Below are positions 39,132-49,156 of a stretch of DNA of 64,000 nucleotides, in pieces. This DNA comes from an uncultured bacterium. GTDB lineage: Bacteria > Oederibacteriota > Oederibacteriia > Oederibacteriales > Oederibacteriaceae. The translations under genes were made by a program, and so were the position numbers. Location of the stretch: the NCBI GenBank assembly GCA_965112635.1, contig OZ218778.1, positions 2,272,001 to 2,336,000 of the forward strand, written 5' to 3'. Each line of letters begins with the position of its first letter. Position 1 is the first letter of the stretch. The notes under the pieces are model-generated. The model had not been told where the DNA came from, did not search any database, and worked only from the letters and a program-made list of their open reading frames with translations.

Positions 39132-41588
39132 TTAAATTTTCAGGTTACGCAGCCTAAGGGAATTGCCCACCACGGTCAGACTGCTTAAGCTCATAGCCGC
39201 GCTGGCGATTATGGGACTCAACAACAACCCCCAAAAGGGATATAGAATTCCAGCCGCCAAAGGCAAACATAAGGCATTGTAAAAAAAGGCCAGGAAAAGA
39301 TTTTGGCGTATGTTACGCATGGTCATCCTGCTTAAACGGACCGCCTTGGCCACTCCCCCCAGGTCGCCTTTTACTAATATTATAGATGAACTTTGGACCG
39401 CGATATCCGTTCCCCGGGCAAGTGCTATTCCCACCTGCGCTTGGGAAAGGGCCGGCGCGTCGTTGATACCGTCTCCGGCCATGGCTATGACCCGGCCTTG
39501 TCGCTGCATGCTTTCGATCAATTTAAATTTTTCCTGGGGAATTAATCCGGCATGGACTTCGGTTATCCCCAATTCTTTGGCGACCTGTTCAGCGCTGGCC
39601 TTTTGGTCGCCGGTAGCCATGATGATCTTCAACTCCCAAGCTTTAAGTTCATCAATGGCCGTTTTGGTCATCGGCTTAATGGGGTCTTCCACGATGAAGA
39701 TAGCCTGCGCTTTTCCTTGATAACCAAAACAAAACCAGGTCCGGCTTATCAAATTCATTTCGCTAACTTTTTTCTCCGCGGCCTGGGTCGCCATCTTGTT
39801 TTCTTTTAAAAAACCCAGATTGCCAATAATAACCTCTTTCTGCCCGACCAGCCCCAACACGCCTTTTCCCGGTTCGGCATGAAAAGACTCTGCTTTTCTT
39901 AAAATGACATTCTTCTCTTTGGCATATTGGACCACGGCCTGGGCATAGGGATGCTCACTCAAATTTTCCACGCCGGCGGTCAGCTCCAAAATATCTTTCT
40001 CAGCCAAATCTCCCACAGGCACTATCGCGGTCAATTTTGGCCTGCCTTCAGTCAGGGTGCCTGTTTTGTCTATGACCAAAGTGTCTGCTTTTTCCAGCCA
40101 CTGCAAAGCCGCGGCGTTCTTGACCAGGATGCCCATGCCTGCGCCTCTGCCTATGCCCACGGTCACCGCAACAGGGGTGGCCAATCCCAAAGCACAAGGG
40201 CAGGCTATTATCAGAACGGCAATGGCGTTCAATAACGCATAGGCATATCTTGGTTCAGGTCCTATCCAGGCCCAGAGTAAAAAAGTCGCGACACTGATAA
40301 CCATGACAGCCGGAACAAAAATAGCTGAAATACGGTCAGCCAGGTTTTCAATAGGCGCCTTGCTTCGCTGGGCCGCCCTGACCAGGTCCGCCATATGCGA
40401 CAGAAAAGTATCCGAGCCGATTTTTTGCACCTTGACCAGCAAGGTGCCGTTCGTGTTCTGGGTCCCGCCCACGACCTCGTCTCCCGCCTTCTTCATGATG
40501 GGTTTGGGCTCGCCGGTGACCATGGATTCGTCCACATAACTTTCACCGGAAAGAACCAAGCCGTCCAAAGATATCCTTTCGCCCGGCCTGACCCGCAGGC
40601 TTTCCCCTACTTGGATTTTCTCGATCTCTTTTTCTTGTTCTGTCCCGTTTTCCAACACGACAAATCCTGTTTTTTCCGTCAGGCCAAGCAGCCCCCGGAT
40701 GGCGCTTCCTGTCCTATGGATGGCCTTGAGTTCTAATATCTGGCCTAAAAGAATTAGGGAGATGATCACCGCCGCGGACTCAAAATAAACCGGGGGCAAG
40801 CCGTTTTGCCCGCAAAAAGAAGCTGGGAAAATCCGCGGCACCAGCGTGGCCAGGACACTGTCCAGGTAGGCCACACCCGTCCCTAAACTTATCAAAGTGA
40901 ACATATTGAACCTGGCTTTGAGTATCCCCCTCCATCCCTTAAGAAAAAATGGCCAACCTCCCCACAAAACAACCGGGGTCGCCAGAGCCAGTTGGATCTG
41001 GCCGGAACTAGTGGAGCGCAGCAGGGCAGCCCCCAACATGGACATGGCCATTAAGATCAAAGTCAGCCCTAAACATATCCAAAATCTCCTGGTCATGCTT
41101 AAAAGTTCCGGGTTGATGTCTTCCTGGCCGCCATAGGCCATAGGCTCCAAAGACATTCCGCATAACGGGCAATCGCCAAACTGGCTTTGTTCAATTTCCG
41201 GGTGCATGGGGCAGGTAAACGGCCCTGCAATGCCCTGTTTTTCGCTCTCAAATGGGCTGTTTTGAGTGTATTTCCCTGGTTCAGCCCGAAACCTGTTCAA
41301 ACAGTGTTTTGAGCAGAAATAATAGGTTTTATTGAGGTAAATGGTGCTGGCCCTGGCTAAAGCAGGCGCGACATCCATGCCGCAAACAGGGTCTTTGGCC
41401 AACAGCGTATTCTCGCTATTTTTATCAACGAGAAATTGTTCGGGATGTTCTTCAAATTCCACAAGGCAGTGTTTACTGCAAAAGTAATAGGTCTTCCCCT
41501 GGTAGACAAAACTTCCGGCGGCCAGAGCCGGCGCGACATCCATGCCGCAAACAGGGTCTTTGACTGTTATTTGTTTTTTGGGGTCCAT
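39132..41588 (-). CDS. copA: copper-translocating P1B-type ATPase with two N-terminal YHS domains
   Basis: DPVCGM twice, [27 protein letters not shown] and MxxSS motifs. Confidence 0.93.
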   Translation of the reverse strand: MDPKKQITVKDPVCGMDVAPALAAGSFVYQGKTYYFCSKHCLVEFEEHPEQFLVDKNSENTLLAKDPVCGMDVAPALARASTIYLNKTYYFCSKHCLNRFRAEPGKYTQNSPFESEKQGIAGPFTCPMHPEIEQSQFGDCPLCGMSLEPMAYGGQEDINPELLSMTRRFWICLGLTLILMAMSMLGAALLRSTSSGQIQLALATPVVLWGGWPFFLKGWRGILKARFNMFTLISLGTGVAYLDSVLATLVPRIFPASFCGQNGLPPVYFESAAVIISLILLGQILELKAIHRTGSAIRGLLGLTEKTGFVVLENGTEQEKEIEKIQVGESLRVRPGERISLDGLVLSGESYVDESMVTGEPKPIMKKAGDEVVGGTQNTNGTLLVKVQKIGSDTFLSHMADLVRAAQRSKAPIENLADRISAIFVPAVMVISVATFLLWAWIGPEPRYAYALLNAIAVLIIACPCALGLATPVAVTVGIGRGAGMGILVKNAAALQWLEKADTLVIDKTGTLTEGRPKLTAIVPVGDLAEKDILELTAGVENLSEHPYAQAVVQYAKEKNVILRKAESFHAEPGKGVLGLVGQKEVIIGNLGFLKENKMATQAAEKKVSEMNLISRTWFCFGYQGKAQAIFIVEDPIKPMTKTAIDELKAWELKIIMATGDQKASAEQVAKELGITEVHAGLIPQEKFKLIESMQRQGRVIAMAGDGINDAPALSQAQVGIALARGTDIAVQSSSIILVKGDLGGVAKAVRLSRMTMRNIRQNLFLAFFYNALCLPLAAGILYPFWGLLLSPIIASAAMSLSSLTVVGNSLRLRNLKI

Positions 41589-41686
41589 AGTCTTATTTTA
41601 CAACATTATGGCAACACAACCAGAATATTAAGCGACAAATTACTGGATTTCGTGGATGGATGAACGGAAGGAACTTGCCTGGAATT

Positions 41687-43447
41687 TTACAGCTTTGGAG
41701 CTCCGTACTTTTTTTTCATCAGTTCCATGATGTTATCTCGCTCGGCAATTAATTTCCCCGTTTCTCGTTTGACCTCTGGAAAATCAAAACCTGTTCCAAG
41801 TAACTTTTCAAAATAGACCAGGGATAAAGCATGATTCCTGTGTGCCTTGGCGGTGAGTCCTAGCCTTTCCCACAAACAGGCTTTTAAAAATGGGTCAGGC
41901 ACCACTTCAGCCAGGCGCAAATATTTTTCTGTGGCCCCCTGAGTCTGGAAACACCGGAGTTGCGCATCCGCCTCCTTGATGGCCAGAGTATCTTGGACAA
42001 GGGATCGACCTCCATGTAATGGGATCATCCCGATAACAATCGGACTTGAACCAGAGTTATTGGGAAATGAACAAAACTCAACACCCTTTATCTTCCGGCG
42101 TAGCACTTCTGTCCGGCTCGGAATATTTAGATTGAATAAAAGGATGTTGGGTTTCTGTGTCTGGAATTCCCTTCTCCAATCTTCGGCAATGAATTCAACA
42201 GGCACTGAGGAAAACGGCTCAAACCCGGCGAAATAGACAGCCCTTCCCCTGTCCAGCAATCCTCCCGCCATTTTTCCTGCCTCATACTCGCTCAAATGGG
42301 TGGATTTAAAAAATTCATTTTGCAGAATGGACATATTGGACACAGCCATAAATACAACCAACCCTAGCCCAAGCAAAACCCTGGCCTTCCCCGCGCGGTC
42401 CATAACATAAATGAGGCCTAGCCCCGCAAGCATAAATAGAAAAGGCAATGAACCGTTCATTCTGCCCACAAACTCGCTTGCATCCGAACTGAGTAAGCCA
42501 GGCAGGCTAAAACAAACTAACCCTAAGAGAAGAACAGCATATTTAAATTCCCTGATTTTTATAAAGCAAAATATAATTCCCAAGAGAAAAAGGACAGCAG
42601 TGGCTTCATCAAAATAGGCCGCCTGATCTCCCCTGGGCCATAAATTCGCAAATAGCTTGAATAAATTTTGTCCCAGCAAACGGCCCCATTGCGGCTGGTT
42701 GAACAAACCAACATCCCTGAGCCTGTAGAAAAAATAACCCTGGTTATTGATAGCGTAAAGGATAAGCGGGACCAAAAGTATGGCCATAAGAACAAAAGCC
42801 GCTATGATCTTGGGCCAATGCTGGCCGGCCCAGGTTCGGTCATAGAAAAGACTGCCAACAGCAAATAAAAATACAAAAACCGGGAATACCCAAAATGCGG
42901 AGTAATTGTAACAACCCAGGCCCATGCCCAGACCCAAAAGAATGAAATGGAGCCAGCCAGGTTTTTGAAAAGATTTCCACAAAAAATATAAAGCCAGGGT
43001 TACCCAAAAAAAGTTGGCCCAGGCGAATTCCCCTGTCCTCTGCAGAAATACCGGCCACCATCCCACGGATAACAAAAAAGCGGTTGCTAAAGAAATATCC
43101 CGGCCAAATAGATTTTTCGAAAGAACAATCATGAATAAAAAGGTAACGCCTCCCATTAAAAGCGCGAAAACACGGAGGCTCTGGGGTTCGCAGGGAAACA
43201 CAAGGAACCACAATCCACAGAGGTAGTTGGTCACAGGCAATCGTCCGCCCCAGGGTAAAAAAACAGGCAGCCAATGACCCTGGCGTATCTGCCAGGCATC
43301 CATGGCCTGGGAGCCCTCATCTCCTACCGTGAAATGCAGGAAAAGATTCCATTGCCATAGCCGGAAAATGAGGAAAAAAAATATAATAAGAGGCCAAACC
43401 CAGTATCGGATTAAACTTTTATTATCTTTTAAAAATGTTTTCAGCAC
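41687..43447 (-). CDS. GT-C fold glycosyltransferase (GT39/ArnT-like, PMT_2)
   Basis: multi-TM; GDE acidic motif in the first loop; C-terminal soluble TPR-like tail. Confidence 0.78.
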   Translation of the reverse strand: MLKTFLKDNKSLIRYWVWPLIIFFFLIFRLWQWNLFLHFTVGDEGSQAMDAWQIRQGHWLPVFLPWGGRLPVTNYLCGLWFLVFPCEPQSLRVFALLMGGVTFLFMIVLSKNLFGRDISLATAFLLSVGWWPVFLQRTGEFAWANFFWVTLALYFLWKSFQKPGWLHFILLGLGMGLGCYNYSAFWVFPVFVFLFAVGSLFYDRTWAGQHWPKIIAAFVLMAILLVPLILYAINNQGYFFYRLRDVGLFNQPQWGRLLGQNLFKLFANLWPRGDQAAYFDEATAVLFLLGIIFCFIKIREFKYAVLLLGLVCFSLPGLLSSDASEFVGRMNGSLPFLFMLAGLGLIYVMDRAGKARVLLGLGLVVFMAVSNMSILQNEFFKSTHLSEYEAGKMAGGLLDRGRAVYFAGFEPFSSVPVEFIAEDWRREFQTQKPNILLFNLNIPSRTEVLRRKIKGVEFCSFPNNSGSSPIVIGMIPLHGGRSLVQDTLAIKEADAQLRCFQTQGATEKYLRLAEVVPDPFLKACLWERLGLTAKAHRNHALSLVYFEKLLGTGFDFPEVKRETGKLIAERDNIMELMKKKYGAPKL

Positions 43448-44502
43448 CTGACCAGCTCATAGGACCTGGTTCCCAGGCCTATCCTCTCGCCGTGCTTGGT
43501 CTGAACCCGCGGGTCGATGGATTCATAGGCCAGCTGGTCCATCGGTTTGCCGCCGCGTTCCTCTATCATGGTGATAACAGCCTCGTCCACGGCAACGGGA
43601 TCGCTGGAAGCGAAAAGCCCCAGGTCCGTGACGATATTTTTCTTGGCCTGGGGCATGCAGTCGCAGTCTTTGGTGAAGTTCAGGCTGTAATTGATGAAAA
43701 AGCATTGCTTGTCCTTGACCACGCCCAAGGCATGCTCGGCCACGGACTCCTGGATAGTGATGGTGTCCATTTCCCAGTCGAAAAGGATGGCGTCAAAACC
43801 GCATTCCACCAGACATTCACCGCAGCCCAAACAGAGTTTTTCGTCGATATGGGCTTTTTTATCTTTCAAAGTGATGGCATCAGCCGGGCACCATTTATGG
43901 CAATGGCCGCACCCTTTGCATTTGGCCTGGTCGACCTGGGGTCTTAGACTGGAATGCTGGGCCAATTTGCCCTTGCGGGACGAAAGGCCCATTCCAAGAT
44001 TTTTAAGAGTCCCCCCGAAACCCAGGGCTATATGGCCCGTGGGATGGGAAACGGCCACAATGGCGTTGATACGCTTCAGCAGGCCGGCCACGGCCACCTT
44101 GAGCTTATCTGTAATTTTAACCTCGTGTTCGTAATCACCCTTGAGCCCGTCGGCCATGATGATGGGCATGCCCGTGGCCTCCAAGGTATAGCCGTGATCC
44201 TGGGCCAGAGTAATATGGCTGACAGCATCAGAACGACCACCTTTGTACAAGGTGCTGGTTTCCGTGAAAAAAGGCACGGCCCCGGCTTTTTTGATACGGC
44301 CGGATAAATATTTAAAAAAATAAGGAGGCACTACCTTTTCCCTGCTATGGCCCTCGCCAAAATGGGTCTTGACCGCCACATAATCTTTTTCCGGGATAAA
44401 TTTTTCAAAGTTAGCCGCGTCCAACAGGTCCTTGAGTCTACGCTCAATCTTATCGGGAGCGGCCTTTTCCTCCAAAGGCGCAAAAAATACTTTCGAAGCC
44501 AT
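43441..44502 (-). CDS. DUF362 domain Fe-S protein
   Basis: VAVKTHFGE, TLY.G.R, KNLGMG, two CxxCxxCxxxC motifs, DCDC, DPVA.D. Confidence 0.9.
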   Translation of the reverse strand: MASKVFFAPLEEKAAPDKIERRLKDLLDAANFEKFIPEKDYVAVKTHFGEGHSREKVVPPYFFKYLSGRIKKAGAVPFFTETSTLYKGGRSDAVSHITLAQDHGYTLEATGMPIIMADGLKGDYEHEVKITDKLKVAVAGLLKRINAIVAVSHPTGHIALGFGGTLKNLGMGLSSRKGKLAQHSSLRPQVDQAKCKGCGHCHKWCPADAITLKDKKAHIDEKLCLGCGECLVECGFDAILFDWEMDTITIQESVAEHALGVVKDKQCFFINYSLNFTKDCDCMPQAKKNIVTDLGLFASSDPVAVDEAVITMIEERGGKPMDQLAYESIDPRVQTKHGERIGLGTRSYELVRC

Positions 44503-44514
44503 ATTTTCTCCTTT

Positions 44515-45792
44515 CTAACTATTTTCTTTCAGGGTCCAGGCCAGCGCTGTGGCCACGCACAGGGTCAATGCCAGGACCAGTAAACCGCTGGTAAAGCTAT
44601 GTGTAAGTTCTTTGACCAATCCAATGATATTGGGGCCTACAAACCCGCCCACATTGCCCACGGAATTTATCAGGGCTATGCCGCCAGCCGCCGCGGCGCC
44701 GGTCAGGAACACCGTGGGTTCATACCAGAACGGGCCCATCGTGCCCCAGATGCCCGTCGCAGTCACGCAAAGGCTGGCGAAAGCGAGCCAGGGATGATTG
44801 GCCATGGCCCAGGCGCCCACGACCAAACCCAAAGCAGCCGCGGAAGTGCAAACCACCAAATGCAAGCGCCTTTCACCTGTCCGGTCCGAATGCCGGCCGA
44901 TAAGCACCATGCCGATGGACGCCGCCAAAAAAGGGACCGCCGCCAGGATATTCACCCAGGTGGTGGTAAACCCGGAGAAACTCTTGATGATCTGCGGCAG
45001 CCAGAACGAAACCCCGTAAAAACTTATGATAATGGCAAAGTACAAAAAGCACAACTGCCATACTTTGGGATGGGTCAGGGCCTGCCAAAGGCTGTAATGG
45101 TGTTCCCTGGCCACGGCCTGATGTTCTTTATCCAATCTTGCTTCCAGCCAGCGTCCCTCCTGGGGAGTCAGCCATTTGGCCTGGGTGGGCCGGTCTTTAA
45201 GGTATATTAGCGTCATGATTCCCAAAATCACGGAGGGAATGCCTTCGGTCAGAAAAAGCCATTGCCATCCCCGTATACCCCCAAAGCCATCCATCTTGAG
45301 AATTGCCGCCGATAAAGGGCCTCCTATGACGCCTGCCAAAGAAGTGGAAGTCAAAAAGGTGGCGAACACCCTGGCCCTTTCTTTGGGAGGAATCCAAAAG
45401 GTCAGGTAGTAAAGCATGCCCGGGAAAAAACCGGCCTCGGCCACGCCCAGGATAAATCGCAGCAGATAAAAGCTAAAGGGTGTTTTGACGAAAAGCATGC
45501 AGGTGGAGATGATGCCCCAGGTCAGCATGATCCTGGCCATCCATAACCTGGCCCCGACTTTTTGCAGGATAAGGTTGCTGGGTATTTCGAACATCACATA
45601 GCCCACGAAGAACATGCTTGCCCCAAACCCGTAGACCGCGTCCCCAAAGCCCAGGTCCAACCGCATGTCCATGGCCGCGAAACTGATGTTGAACCGGTCC
45701 AGGTAATTAAAGATGTAACAAAGGAATAAATAAGGGACCAGGCGGCTGCTGACTTTGGCTATGATCTTTTGTTCATTCAATGTGTGAGCCAT
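44515..45792 (-). CDS. MFS transporter, anion:cation symporter family (TtuB-like)
   Basis: LDR.NI, EIPSN, AEAGFFPG, GWQWLF..EGIP. Confidence 0.92.
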   Translation of the reverse strand: MAHTLNEQKIIAKVSSRLVPYLFLCYIFNYLDRFNISFAAMDMRLDLGFGDAVYGFGASMFFVGYVMFEIPSNLILQKVGARLWMARIMLTWGIISTCMLFVKTPFSFYLLRFILGVAEAGFFPGMLYYLTFWIPPKERARVFATFLTSTSLAGVIGGPLSAAILKMDGFGGIRGWQWLFLTEGIPSVILGIMTLIYLKDRPTQAKWLTPQEGRWLEARLDKEHQAVAREHHYSLWQALTHPKVWQLCFLYFAIIISFYGVSFWLPQIIKSFSGFTTTWVNILAAVPFLAASIGMVLIGRHSDRTGERRLHLVVCTSAAALGLVVGAWAMANHPWLAFASLCVTATGIWGTMGPFWYEPTVFLTGAAAAGGIALINSVGNVGGFVGPNIIGLVKELTHSFTSGLLVLALTLCVATALAWTLKENS

Positions 45793-45794
45793 AA

Positions 45795-46106
45795 CTATAC
45801 CTCTTGGTCAAAATGATGCTCGCCATCAGGGGACTTGGGGACCTGGTGAGCAGGATGGATGGAGTAAAGGTCGCTCCGTGCTTTCTTCTGTTTTATCAAA
45901 ATACCCTTTTCCTCTAGTTTTTTCAGGTCGGCCAGAACCTCGGCTAAGGGCGCTTTGACCTCAGCGGCGATATCCTCTGCTGTCACTTTCTTTCGTCTGT
46001 GGATCAAGGGAACAAAGGGGTGGCGCAGGTTGGGCTCAATGCTCCGAAAAGACCTGCCGCTTGAAGGACTTACCGGAGCTATGTCGTCTAATTCATTGTC
46101 TGGCAT
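45795..46106 (-). CDS. small hypothetical protein, winged-helix-like
   Basis: TAEDIA.......V...LKKLEEKGIL pattern; ATG 46106 with AGGA. Confidence 0.6.
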   Translation of the reverse strand: MPDNELDDIAPVSPSSGRSFRSIEPNLRHPFVPLIHRRKKVTAEDIAAEVKAPLAEVLADLKKLEEKGILIKQKKARSDLYSIHPAHQVPKSPDGEHHFDQEV

Positions 46107-46143
46107 GAATTCCTGCCTTTGTTCAATTTTTTTTTGCAGGGTT

Positions 46144-46797
46144 TTAAAAACTTCCGCTGTGGGGCTGTTCGCAAGCGTTAGCATTCCAGGTGCCGCTGAT
46201 AAAATAAGAGATGGGGGTCAGGGTCCCGGAAAAGCTGTACTGCAGGCCCCCGGTCATTTCGCAGCTGTCGTTATACTTGCCCCCCTCGCAGGAATAGCTG
46301 CCCCGCAAGCCCCAGCTCCAGTTGCCCGAGGTGGAAACATTGATGGCGGTCCCGTTGAAATTTTGCGCTCCATTGCCGCTAAGATGCAGATTACCGCTGG
46401 CCGTGTAATCCATTCCCTTGTAATTGATGCGCAGGTTGGAAATAAGGATATCTATTTCCGCCGCCAGGATGCGGTATTTGTCCGACGCCCCGGCCGCGTA
46501 TTGCCCCCTGATGCTGGCGTTCCCTCCCGCGGGGAAATTGTAGGAGTAGTTCGCGGTAGGCTGGCTGGAACCCATTCCAGAATTTTGCAGGACATCCTGT
46601 CCCCAGCCGGTCAAAGCCAGGGCGACCTGGTCCATGAAAGGCCCGGCCAGTTCGGACTTGGCCAGCGGAGCGGACAAGTCCGGAGTTGCGGAAGATTTTA
46701 TCCCGCTGTTGGCAACTGTCCCGCATCCAAAGGTATTACCAAGGACAAACCCGGCCATTAAGGAAACGGTGAACAATTTAACAATACGAACAGCCAT
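46144..46797 (-). CDS. hypothetical lipoprotein, Gly/Ser/Asn-rich beta protein
   Basis: GGAGG SD before ATG 46797; lipobox-like TFG-C. Confidence 0.7.
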   Translation of the reverse strand: MAVRIVKLFTVSLMAGFVLGNTFGCGTVANSGIKSSATPDLSAPLAKSELAGPFMDQVALALTGWGQDVLQNSGMGSSQPTANYSYNFPAGGNASIRGQYAAGASDKYRILAAEIDILISNLRINYKGMDYTASGNLHLSGNGAQNFNGTAINVSTSGNWSWGLRGSYSCEGGKYNDSCEMTGGLQYSFSGTLTPISYFISGTWNANACEQPHSGSF

Positions 46798-46880
46798 GAG
46801 ACTCCTCCACAAAAAACATATTTAGCGAGATGATAATTTAACATTATCCATAATAGGAACAAAAAAGCTAGAATATCCCC

Positions 46881-48002
46881 ATGACTACCAAACCAAGTGT
46901 TTTTCAACCTTCTTTCAGACCCTGGTCTATACCAAAACCGGATAAAGCCGTGGCGGTCCTCATGAGCGGCGGGGTGGACAGCAGTGTTACGGCCCTGGAC
47001 TTGATGGAACAGGGCTGGGATGTGGCCGGATTTACCATGAAAATCCCAATGTCCGACAACTGCAATCCTTTCCGGCATTGCTGCGGGGACGAAGCGGCCC
47101 AAGTCTGCCGGCATCTGGGCATTCCGCATTACCAGGTGGACACCCTGGCCTTGTTCCAAAAAAAAGTCATCGACCCTTTCCGGCGTTCTTACCTGCAGGG
47201 CGCCACGGCCAGTCCCTGCGTGGACTGCAATACGCAGCTAAAATTTAAAACTGTCTGGGATTTGATCGAGCAAGAGTTCCATGTCCAGCATCTGGCCACC
47301 GGCCACTATGCCACCGTGCTGGTCCATCAAGGGAATTACTTTCTTGGCCAGGCCAAAGATAAGACCCGCGACCAAAGTTATTTCCTGTACGGCATACCCC
47401 GCCAGCGTCTGAAGCAGGTTTTCTTCCCTCTGGGAGACCTGTCCAAAACCAAAGTGCGCGAAGTCGCCCGCAAGTACAACCTGCACGTGGCGGAAAAACC
47501 CGACAGCCAGGACTTGTGTTTTGTCGCCGAGGAGGATTACCAAAAAGTTTTCGCGGGCAGGGACAAGCCCGGGCCAGGACCTATCTTTAACCTGCAGGGC
47601 CAGCAAATGGGCATCCACAAAGGCATCCACCACTACACCCTGGGACAGCGCAGCGGCCTGGGCATTTCTTCCAAGGTACCGGTCTATGTGTTGAAGATCG
47701 ACCCCATCAAAAATACGGTCTTGGTGGGGACACGGGAACAGGCCTACACGGACTTCGTTGAAGTTAAAAAAATCAATGTGCTCATACCGGACCAGTTCAC
47801 CGCAGGCGCCCGTCTATGGGCAAAAATCCGTTCTCAAGGCCAGCCCCAGGCTTGCGCGATCACCTCTAGCTCCCCTGCTACTTTTAAGGTCAGTTTTGAC
47901 CAGCCTGTTTTCGCGCCCACACCCGGTCAGCATCTAGTCCTTTATAACGAGGACGGATATATAGTCGGAGGTGGTTGTATCAAAAAGGGACTGGTAATTT
48001 AG
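46881..48002 (+). CDS. mnmA: tRNA-specific 2-thiouridylase
   Basis: MSGGVDSS, PC..CN...KF, ATGHYA, DQSYFL, SQDLCF, YTLGQR.GL, PGQ. Confidence 0.96.
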   Translation: MTTKPSVFQPSFRPWSIPKPDKAVAVLMSGGVDSSVTALDLMEQGWDVAGFTMKIPMSDNCNPFRHCCGDEAAQVCRHLGIPHYQVDTLALFQKKVIDPFRRSYLQGATASPCVDCNTQLKFKTVWDLIEQEFHVQHLATGHYATVLVHQGNYFLGQAKDKTRDQSYFLYGIPRQRLKQVFFPLGDLSKTKVREVARKYNLHVAEKPDSQDLCFVAEEDYQKVFAGRDKPGPGPIFNLQGQQMGIHKGIHHYTLGQRSGLGISSKVPVYVLKIDPIKNTVLVGTREQAYTDFVEVKKINVLIPDQFTAGARLWAKIRSQGQPQACAITSSSPATFKVSFDQPVFAPTPGQHLVLYNEDGYIVGGGCIKKGLVI

Positions 48003-49156
48003 AAAGCAGGATCGAAAATACTGGTTTTCTTCGCTTTAAATCCAAAATACTTCATCACCCCTGCGGCGATCCGCTCGCTGGCCCTGCCATCCCCATAGGG
48101 ATTTACGGCCTGGGCCATTTTAAGATAAACGCGGTAGTTGACCAAAAGCGTCTTGGCTGATCTGTAGATCTTTTCCTCCTGGGTGCCCACCAGCTTGACT
48201 GTTCCGGCTTTGACCGCCTCCGGTCTTTCCGTGACCTCTCGCAGCACCAAAACGGGCTTGGCCAGGCTGGGCGCCTCCTCCTGGATGCCTCCCGAATCGG
48301 TCAGAAGCAGGCAAGACCTGTCCATCAGCGTCACGAACTCCAGGTAGGACAAAGGCTTCAACAAAAGGACATTGGACAGACCGCCCAATGATTGGTTGAT
48401 GGATCTTTGCACCTGCGGGTTCAAATGCACGGGCAGGACGATCAAAACTTTGGGGAACTCCCGTGCGAGCTTTTTAATAGCGCGGCAAATAGACCGCAAG
48501 GGAGCGCCCCAATTTTCCCTGCGATGGGCGGTGACGGTGACCACCTTGCCCCAATGGCTGTAGACACGCTGTAAAGAACTGAACCTTTGCCGTCTGGCCA
48601 GGGCAACGGCCTGTTGAAGGGCGTCGATGACCGTATTGCCTGTCACAAAAACTTTTTCCTTGGCTACTCCCTCTTGGAGCAGGTTCGCGCGGGAGAGTTT
48701 GGTCGGCGCGAAATGAAGATCCGCGATGAGTGTGGTGATGCGGCGGTTGATCTCCTCCGGATAGGGCTGGTATTTATCGCTGGTCCGCAAGCCCGCTTCG
48801 ACATGGCCTACGGGGATGCGCTGGTAAAAAGCCGCCAAACTTCCGGCCATGGTGGTGGTCGTATCCCCCTGGACAAGGACCAATTGGGGCTTTTCTTTGC
48901 GGAAAACCGCTTCCAAGGAGGACAAGAGCCTACTGTTCAACTGAGCCAAAGTTTGAGCAGGCCTCATCAGGTTAAGGTCATAGTCGGTTTTGATCTTGAA
49001 CACACCCAAAACCTGGTCCAGCATTTCCCGGTGCTGGGCGGTCACCACGACCTTTACTTGGAGCTTGGCGCGGTATTTTTCCAATTCTTTGATGACCGGG
49101 GCCATTTTGATGGCCTCGGGCCTGGTGCCGAACAAGACGATTATTTTCCGCTTCAC
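47999..49156 (-). CDS. wecB: UDP-N-acetylglucosamine 2-epimerase (non-hydrolysing)
   Basis: GTRPEAIK, GDTTT, HVEAGLR, DSGGIQEEA; GTG start overlapping the upstream stop. Confidence 0.97.
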   Translation of the reverse strand: MKRKIIVLFGTRPEAIKMAPVIKELEKYRAKLQVKVVVTAQHREMLDQVLGVFKIKTDYDLNLMRPAQTLAQLNSRLLSSLEAVFRKEKPQLVLVQGDTTTTMAGSLAAFYQRIPVGHVEAGLRTSDKYQPYPEEINRRITTLIADLHFAPTKLSRANLLQEGVAKEKVFVTGNTVIDALQQAVALARRQRFSSLQRVYSHWGKVVTVTAHRRENWGAPLRSICRAIKKLAREFPKVLIVLPVHLNPQVQRSINQSLGGLSNVLLLKPLSYLEFVTLMDRSCLLLTDSGGIQEEAPSLAKPVLVLREVTERPEAVKAGTVKLVGTQEEKIYRSAKTLLVNYRVYLKMAQAVNPYGDGRASERIAAGVMKYFGFKAKKTSIFDPAF

